Assembly (NCBI GenBank): GCA_027334565.1
Contig: DAHWUP010000001.1
Span: 158,726 to 222,725, forward strand
Direction of reading: 5' to 3'
DNA length: 64,000 nucleotides
DNA from: Candidatus Levyibacteriota bacterium
Lineage (GTDB): Bacteria; Patescibacteriota; Microgenomatia; Levybacterales; UBA12049
Part shown: piece by piece, positions 57,871 to 64,000 of the stretch
Numbering within the stretch: the stretch's first letter is position 1
How the letters are laid out: each line of letters starts with the position of its first letter
Made by a program: the position numbers and the translations under genes
The notes under the pieces: generated by a model
What the model saw: only the letters and a program-made list of their open reading frames with translations
What the model was told of the DNA's origin: nothing
Database searches by the model: none

Positions 57871-59658
57871 GTGAGTAAAAAATATTTAAAATCCTCGGCA
57901 TTGGCTTTCCTTTTCTTCGCATTCTCGTTTTTAGGGCTTTTGGTCACCTATTTTCTCTATAAAAAATCGATCGACTCGTCCCTTACGCACATTTTTACTC
58001 TCCAAAGCATTAACTATCCCCTGATGTTTTTTCTTCTTTTCTGTTTTCTTTCTTCGGTTTCATTTTTAACAGGGGCGTCGGACCTGACATCTTATTTTGT
58101 CGAAAAAATACATATCCAGAATTTTCTGCTAAAAAGTGTGGTTTTCGTATTCGTTTTTATTTTCCTTCCCTTTTATGTCCTTTTTCACTGGTATTTCACT
58201 TTTATCAGGCTTATTCTGACCCGCCGTCTATTTGACACTCTTACCCCCAAAAAAATCTACGGGAATGTAATTCTGGTTTTATTCGTTATTCTTATCCTTA
58301 CGCCGGCCTGGGTCATAGGATATGGTGCTTTTAAAAACATCTCAACAGAGGTGGTCTTGAAAGAACTGGGATACGCTCCCGTGACGGAGTACGTTGCGGG
58401 AACCGGCTCGATGTACCCGACCTTTCCCAAAAGCAATGCGGTCACTCCTATCGACCAGTTCAAACAAACCGTCGCAACACCTTCGTTCATTTCATTTCCG
58501 AGCGGAATCGTTCTGTTCGGTAAACGTTATTTCGGAAGAAACATCGAAAGAGACGACATCGTCAGCTTTAAAAACCAGAAGACAATCGAGATCACCAAGC
58601 AAGAATACGGGGTCGGGGTCGGATTTATAAAAAGGGTGATCGGATTGCCAGGAGACACCATCGAGCTTCGGGGCGGGATCGTTTATTTAAACGGCAAGCC
58701 TCTTAAAGAACCGTATACCGCCAAACCGCAATCTACCTTCGGTGAGGGGTTTCTTTCCGACTGTCATATCATCAAGGTTCCAAATGACGACGTTTTTGTG
58801 ATGGGAGATAACCGCAAAAGCAGTGATGATTCCAGGGACATCGGATTCGTCGGTTTAAACGATATCGATCACGTCTTACCGATTGAAAACCAGAAGGGGG
58901 TTTGGGACAAACACTGGCGCGACACGACAAACGACTTTGTACCGGCCTCAAAGATCACGCTCGACGTAAGCCAATACTTGACCCTGCTCAACCAGAAACG
59001 CGTAGAGGCCGGGATCCAACCTTTAAAATACGAACCCAAACTCTCGGAATCGGCGGCGTTAAGGGCCGAAGCCATGATCAAATTCGACGATTTTTCTTTC
59101 GATGCAACCCGTTCGGGGTTGACGATGCAACAGGCAATGCGGGAAGTCGGATACTCCAACATCGTTTACGGCGAGGCGCCTACACAGGGTTATTATGAAG
59201 CATCGGAACTGTTGGATAACCAGTTCCAGTTCCCCGATACCAAAAAGTTTTTGCTGGACAAGGATTATCAGGATTTTGGGATTGCGGCGGTTCAGGGAGA
59301 AATCAATAACTGCCCCACCCAGGTCATCGTCCAGCATTTTGCCGGATATATCCCTCCGAATTATTCCAAGACACTGATCACTTCGTGGCAAAATGCGCTT
59401 AATTCTTTAAACCAAATCGCCAAAAGCTGGGAGGATTTAAAATCCATACCGGCGGCTTACAACAAAGACCCCCGGGACATCGACCAAATTGTCAGCATCA
59501 TAAATCAACGGCAGACGATGATTTCGGGAATTTTAGAAAAAATGAATGCCAACCAATGGCTTACCGACCAACAAAATCAGTATACGCAAACTACGGACAT
59601 GCAGCTCGGGCAGGAGGAAGAGAGCTTGGCACAAAAAATCAATAATTTGTTAAAATGA
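57871..59658 (+). CDS. Signal peptidase I fused to a CAP/SCP domain
   Basis: GSMYPT, FIKRVIG, GDNRKSSDDSR; then LLNQKR..LSESAALRA..GE..YQDFGIA. Confidence 0.85.
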   Translation: MSKKYLKSSALAFLFFAFSFLGLLVTYFLYKKSIDSSLTHIFTLQSINYPLMFFLLFCFLSSVSFLTGASDLTSYFVEKIHIQNFLLKSVVFVFVFIFLPFYVLFHWYFTFIRLILTRRLFDTLTPKKIYGNVILVLFVILILTPAWVIGYGAFKNISTEVVLKELGYAPVTEYVAGTGSMYPTFPKSNAVTPIDQFKQTVATPSFISFPSGIVLFGKRYFGRNIERDDIVSFKNQKTIEITKQEYGVGVGFIKRVIGLPGDTIELRGGIVYLNGKPLKEPYTAKPQSTFGEGFLSDCHIIKVPNDDVFVMGDNRKSSDDSRDIGFVGLNDIDHVLPIENQKGVWDKHWRDTTNDFVPASKITLDVSQYLTLLNQKRVEAGIQPLKYEPKLSESAALRAEAMIKFDDFSFDATRSGLTMQQAMREVGYSNIVYGEAPTQGYYEASELLDNQFQFPDTKKFLLDKDYQDFGIAAVQGEINNCPTQVIVQHFAGYIPPNYSKTLITSWQNALNSLNQIAKSWEDLKSIPAAYNKDPRDIDQIVSIINQRQTMISGILEKMNANQWLTDQQNQYTQTTDMQLGQEEESLAQKINNLLK

Positions 59659-59700
59659 GCTTGATCATAAATAAAATCAACTAAAAATTTTCCGTTTCGC

Positions 59701-60870
59701 ATGAATAAAAATACCCTTTTTAAGGGCCTTACCAAAGATACTTTCCTGCTTGCTCTAACCAGTTTTTTTGCCGACATATCTACGGAAATGCTCTATCCCG
59801 TTCTACCGATCTTTCTGACCCAAACGCTTAAGGCAAGCGCCGGCATTGTGGGTCTGGTCGAAGGAGTTGCCGAAGCGACCCAAAATATCATCCAGGGATT
59901 CTCCGGTTCTATTTCCGATAAGCTTAGGAAAAGAAAAAATATAGCGGTTTTAGGTTATTCACTCGCCGCTGTCTCAAAACCTTTGATCGGGTTATCGTCG
60001 GTCTGGCAGTTTGTGCTGGGAACCCGGTTCTTGGACAGAATGGGAACAGGGATCCGTTCTGCTCCCAGGGACGCCTTGATCGCGTCTTCGGCTGACACGC
60101 AGAATACGGGAAAGGCATTCGGGCTTGAGGGGATCGGTGATAATTTCGGAGCTTTCGTCGGCCCGCTTGTGGCTATCGTTCTGATATTTACTTTTGGTTT
60201 GAACTTAAGACACGTGTTTTATATCGCTTTCATCCCGGGACTTATGGCTGTGATAATGGTCTTACTCGTAAAAGAAAAGGACGTCATCTTAAAAACGGGG
60301 ACAAATTTAAATTTTTCACTAAAGAGATTGCCCAAATTGTACTGGAAATATATTCTGGTGACCATACTTTTCGGCCTGGGCAACTCGAGCAACTCTTTTC
60401 TAATCCTGCGGACCAAAAACATCGGTGTCTCTTTGGAAGAAACGATCCTGGTTTACGCTTTCTTTAACCTGGTCGCAGCTTTTGCCTCTTATCCGGCGGG
60501 GATGCTTTCCGATAAAATCGGCAGGAGAAATATTTTACTTATTTCTTTCTTGATATTCTTTGTTACCTATTTGGGTTTTGCCGTCAGCACCGATATAATC
60601 CTGATCATATTATTATTTATTTTTTACGGACTTTACCAGGGAATTTTCCGCTCTGTCGGCAAAGCGCTCGCCACCGATTTGGTTCCCCTAGAACTAAGGG
60701 CCAGCGGGGTCGGTTGGTATTCGACCGCCGTCGGTTTAACAAGTTTGTTTGCCAGCGTCGTCGGCGGACAACTGTGGACCATGGTCAATCCGTCGGCAAC
60801 TTTCTATTTTGGGGCGTGTTCCGCCATTATCGGATCGGCTGCGCTCTTGCTTCTTTTTCCGAAACGTTGA
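59701..60870 (+). CDS. MFS transporter
   Basis: About 12 TM; GSISDKL, DRMGTGIRSAPRDALI, LSDKIGRR. Confidence 0.92.
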   Translation: MNKNTLFKGLTKDTFLLALTSFFADISTEMLYPVLPIFLTQTLKASAGIVGLVEGVAEATQNIIQGFSGSISDKLRKRKNIAVLGYSLAAVSKPLIGLSSVWQFVLGTRFLDRMGTGIRSAPRDALIASSADTQNTGKAFGLEGIGDNFGAFVGPLVAIVLIFTFGLNLRHVFYIAFIPGLMAVIMVLLVKEKDVILKTGTNLNFSLKRLPKLYWKYILVTILFGLGNSSNSFLILRTKNIGVSLEETILVYAFFNLVAAFASYPAGMLSDKIGRRNILLISFLIFFVTYLGFAVSTDIILIILLFIFYGLYQGIFRSVGKALATDLVPLELRASGVGWYSTAVGLTSLFASVVGGQLWTMVNPSATFYFGACSAIIGSAALLLLFPKR

Positions 60871-60902
60871 TCATATAAAAATTCGGGCAACCTAAAATCA
60901 GA

Positions 60903-61391
60903 TCAGGTGATCTGCTCGATCCTCGGGTTTACCAGTTTCTTGTAATCGGTCGCCTTCATGGCCACGGAAAACCGTCTGTCTCCGGCGTTAAAAACTATTT
61001 TGTCGTTTTTAAAAAGACCGATGTCCGCGATAACTTCAAGCTCGAACAGATTTCCGAAAGGCGGTACGCCGCCGACTACTATGCCATTAGTAAGTTTGTT
61101 TATTTCCTCCACGGTCGCGAACCTGATATCTTTAGAGTTTAATATTTTTTTCAGCCTGTTACCGCTGAACTTTTGATCACCCGGCAATACGACCATTACG
61201 AATCTTTTTCCGGACGATTCCTTTACGCGAAGTATCAATGCTTTTGCTCCTTGGGATAACGAATATTTTCCTTCCCTTACCTTTGCCGCTTCTTCACTGG
61301 TTGTTACCGGCTCATGCTCGAAACTCTCAAACCATAAACCGTTTTGTTCCAGCAAATTTACGATGGTATGCGTGGTCGGGTGGTAATCCAT
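60903..61391 (-). CDS. YbaK/ProX-family aminoacyl-tRNA deacylase
   Basis: HEPVTTSEEAA, AKAL, GGVPPFG, FNAG. Confidence 0.9.
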   Translation of the reverse strand: MDYHPTTHTIVNLLEQNGLWFESFEHEPVTTSEEAAKVREGKYSLSQGAKALILRVKESSGKRFVMVVLPGDQKFSGNRLKKILNSKDIRFATVEEINKLTNGIVVGGVPPFGNLFELEVIADIGLFKNDKIVFNAGDRRFSVAMKATDYKKLVNPRIEQIT

Positions 61392-61438
61392 GCAAAAATT
61401 ATAGCAAAATTCTATTCGCTAATCCGTGCTTTCAAACA

Positions 61439-61467
61439 TTGACAAACACTTACCAACTAAGTAAGCT
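61439..61467 (+). promoter_or_regulatory. suf operon promoter with possible operator
   Basis: TTGACA-17-TAAGCT; inverted repeat CTTAC-N7-GTAAG. Confidence 0.55.
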
Positions 61468-61484
61468 TTAGTTTACAAATCAAG

Positions 61485-61724
61485 ATGCAGGACAAAAAGC
61501 CTTATGTCTTAAAAAAAGAAACCGTGATCAGCGAGATCTTAAACGACTGCCCTAAAGCGATCGAATTGTTGGCCGAATACGGGATTTTATGCGTGAGTTG
61601 TTTTTTGAACCAGTTCGACACGCTTGAGACCGGAACAAAAATACATCATATGAGTAACGAAGAAGCTCAAAAAATGATCGACGAAATAAACCTGGAACTT
61701 GCGAAAGAGGAAAACTGGGCTTGA
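61485..61724 (+). CDS. DUF1858-like CxxC protein
   Basis: ISEIL..P..ELL..YGILCVSC...DTLE..H. Confidence 0.8.
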   Translation: MQDKKPYVLKKETVISEILNDCPKAIELLAEYGILCVSCFLNQFDTLETGTKIHHMSNEEAQKMIDEINLELAKEENWA

Positions 61725-62476
61725 TGATGAAAAAACTGGTGATCGATGACTTGTTTGCGCAAACCCTGGAAGGCAAAGAAATTTTAAAAGGGATAAACCT
61801 GACGATAAAACAACCCGAAATGCACGTGGTAATGGGACCCAACGGCGGAGGAAAGTCGACACTGGCGATGGTCCTGATGGGTCATCCCGGATATAAAATA
61901 ACCCGGGGAAAAATTTCGTTAAACGGGAAAGACATCACAAACTTAAGCCCGGATAAAAGAGCAAGACTGGGATTATTCTTAGGATTCCAGTATCCGGTGG
62001 AGGTTCCCGGGGTGAATTTCAGCAATTTCTTAAGGATGGCCGTGAACGAGGAAAGGAAAAAGGGAGACAAACTCTCCCCGATCGCTTTCAGGAACCTGCT
62101 TCTGGACAAAGCCGGACAGCTTTCGGTATCAGAGGATATCGTCAAGCGCATGCTTAACGAAGGGTTTTCAGGCGGTGAGAAAAAGAAAGCGGAAATCCTG
62201 CAGCTTGCGCTACTCAAACCCACTTTCGCGGTCTTGGACGAACCCGACTCGGGGCTCGATGTCGACGCCTTAAAATATATCGCCAAGACCATCAATTCCC
62301 TGGATTTTCCCCTGGGACTTTTATTGATAACTCACTACCAAAGGATTCTGCATTACCTTAAGCCCGACTTTGTCCATATTTTGCTTAATGGAAAGATAGT
62401 AAAATCGGGCAAGGCGGTTCTGGCCAAACAGATCGAAAACTCAGGATACGAACACTTAAAGTATGAAAAACCCTAA
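61721..62476 (+). CDS. sufC: Fe-S assembly ATPase SufC
   Basis: MGPNGGGKST, FQYPVEVPGV, GFSGGEKK, DEPDSGLD. Confidence 0.97.
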   Translation: MMMKKLVIDDLFAQTLEGKEILKGINLTIKQPEMHVVMGPNGGGKSTLAMVLMGHPGYKITRGKISLNGKDITNLSPDKRARLGLFLGFQYPVEVPGVNFSNFLRMAVNEERKKGDKLSPIAFRNLLLDKAGQLSVSEDIVKRMLNEGFSGGEKKKAEILQLALLKPTFAVLDEPDSGLDVDALKYIAKTINSLDFPLGLLLITHYQRILHYLKPDFVHILLNGKIVKSGKAVLAKQIENSGYEHLKYEKP

Positions 62477-63857
62477 AATCAAAACAACCTACCAATACGG
62501 CTTTCATAAACCCGACAACCCGACCTTTAAGGTCCCTGTGGGTTTGAACAAAAAAATCGTGGAAATGATTTCCGATTACAAACAGGAGCCCGAATGGATG
62601 AAACAAAAAAGACTTGAGGCATACGAAATTTTTAAACAAAAGCCGATCCCGACCTGGGGTGCCGACCTAAGCAAACTTGATCTTGATAAGTTGTGTTATT
62701 ACAACAACCCGTCGAGAAAAAAATTTAAGAACTGGCGGGATGTCCCCAAAGACATCAAAGAAACATATGACAAAATAGGCGTACCCGAAGCCGAAAAAAA
62801 ATTTCTTGCAGGGGTCGGGGCGCAATACGATTCCGAGGTCATTTATCACCACTTAAAAGAACAATGGGAATCTTTGGGGGTTATCTTTATCGACACCGAC
62901 ACGGCGGTCCGGGAATATCCCGAACTGGTAAAAGAATATTTCGGCACGATAATTCCGGCGAACGACAATAAATTCGCGGCCTTAAATACCGCCGTTTGGA
63001 GCGGAGGAAGTTTTGTTTATGTCCCAAAAGGAGTACACGTAACGATCCCCCTCCAGGCATATTTTAGGATCAACGCCAAAGCCGTCGGACAATTCGAGAG
63101 AACGCTTATCATCGCCGAAGAAGGAAGTTATGTCCATTATGTCGAGGGTTGCTCAGCACCGATTTATACCGCCGACTCGCTGCACGCCGCGGTGGTCGAA
63201 GTGATGGTCAAACCCAGGGCCAGGGTGAGATATACGACCATCCAGAACTGGAGCGGCGACGTTTATAACCTGGTCACCAAAAGAATGATGATCCAGGATG
63301 ACGCCTTCGGAGAATGGATTGACGGAAATTTGGGTGCCAAGGTCACCATGAAATACCCTTCTCTTATTTTAAGCGGCAGAGGCGCAAGGGGCGAAGTGTT
63401 ATCGCTGGCCTATGCTTCAAACGGACAACATCAGGATGCCGGCGGAAAAGCGATCCACCTGGCTCCGGAGACAACCAGCACCATCACCTCTAAATCTGTG
63501 AGCGTCGGCAACGGCCGGGCCAGTTACCGCGGACAGGTAAAAATAGTCAAGGGTGCAAAAAAAAGCAAATCTTTCGTAAGGTGCGATGCTCTCTTGATCG
63601 ACAAGACCTCAAGATCCGATACATATCCTACGAATGAAGTTGCCGAAGAAGATGTCAACCTTGGTCATGAAGCCTCGGTATCGAAGGTGGGAGAACAACA
63701 ATTATTTTATTTGATGAGCAGAGGCCTAAGCGAGGCACAGGCAACCTCATTGATCGTTAACGGTTTTATCGAACCGATCGTCAAAGAACTCCCCCTTGAA
63801 TATGCGGTCGAACTGAATAGACTGATAAACCTGTCGATGGAAGGGGCTGTGGGATAA
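62463..63857 (+). CDS. sufB: Fe-S assembly protein SufB
   Basis: GVGAQYDSE, GQFERTLI, EGCSAP, HEASVSK. Confidence 0.98.
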   Translation: MKNPKIKTTYQYGFHKPDNPTFKVPVGLNKKIVEMISDYKQEPEWMKQKRLEAYEIFKQKPIPTWGADLSKLDLDKLCYYNNPSRKKFKNWRDVPKDIKETYDKIGVPEAEKKFLAGVGAQYDSEVIYHHLKEQWESLGVIFIDTDTAVREYPELVKEYFGTIIPANDNKFAALNTAVWSGGSFVYVPKGVHVTIPLQAYFRINAKAVGQFERTLIIAEEGSYVHYVEGCSAPIYTADSLHAAVVEVMVKPRARVRYTTIQNWSGDVYNLVTKRMMIQDDAFGEWIDGNLGAKVTMKYPSLILSGRGARGEVLSLAYASNGQHQDAGGKAIHLAPETTSTITSKSVSVGNGRASYRGQVKIVKGAKKSKSFVRCDALLIDKTSRSDTYPTNEVAEEDVNLGHEASVSKVGEQQLFYLMSRGLSEAQATSLIVNGFIEPIVKELPLEYAVELNRLINLSMEGAVG

Positions 63858-63869
63858 GGAGCTTTTAAA

Positions 63870-64000
63870 ATGATTCAAAAATTAACGATAAAACAAACCG
63901 AGGAATTTTTTTTACCCCTTATTTGGTCGGGAAAGGAAAATCAGATCGATTATGATATCTCACTCTCAAAAGAAGGGGCGAGCATCAGGCTGTTATTGCT
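63870..64000 (+). CDS. Probable SufD-like protein (3'-partial)
   Basis: ATG with TAAGGAG SD directly after sufB; frame open to window end. Confidence 0.55.
   Translation, partial: MIQKLTIKQTEEFFLPLIWSGKENQIDYDISLSKEGASIRLLL

Noticed and set aside
59632-59684. AAA ATC AAC TAA (KIN*) after the SPase-CAP gene ending KINNLLK*, with TGAGCTTG at the stop
   Set aside because: Only a 3-codon match in AT-rich DNA; suggestive of a third tail scar but not distinguishable from chance
1-64000. CRISPR array, rRNA, IS transposase, introns or inteins, alternative genetic code
   Set aside because: No spaced direct repeats or transposase motifs; conserved genes are uninterrupted and TGA, TAA and TAG all act as stops

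Overview
Core-genome window of a reduced, standard-code bacterium, most likely Patescibacteria/CPR (Microgenomates-like; inferred from the missing rpmD/L30, short AlaRS, AMP phosphorylase and baseplate-J-like membrane protein). It holds the str/S10/spc/alpha ribosomal protein clusters, rpoBC, fusA, tuf, recA/recX/rny, RNase P RNA, tRNA-Pro(GGG), alaS, mltG, ftsK, sufCB(D), a GGPPS-ispH-idi isoprenoid cluster and a persulfide-response module. The most striking unexplained signal is at two unrelated genes (the AddA/RecB-like nuclease gene and rpsG). Each is followed within about 30 nt by a second, synonymously recoded copy of its own last 6-9 codons plus stop. In both cases the tail in use forms a hairpin across its stop codon, and a GTCCTGAG(C/T)TTGTCGAAGG-like motif abuts the orphan tail, which suggests footprints of a gene-tail-replacing mobile element. 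Other highlights: a 5.8 kb island of self-promoted genes splitting fusA from tuf (two paralogous QxK nuclease-like ORFs, four phosphohydrolases, a perfect 19-bp inverted repeat), pervasive leaderless promoters, structured or attenuator-like leaders (rplC, rny, rpoB, tuf), a strongly diverged rifampicin pocket in RpoB, and a signal peptidase I-CAP domain fusion.
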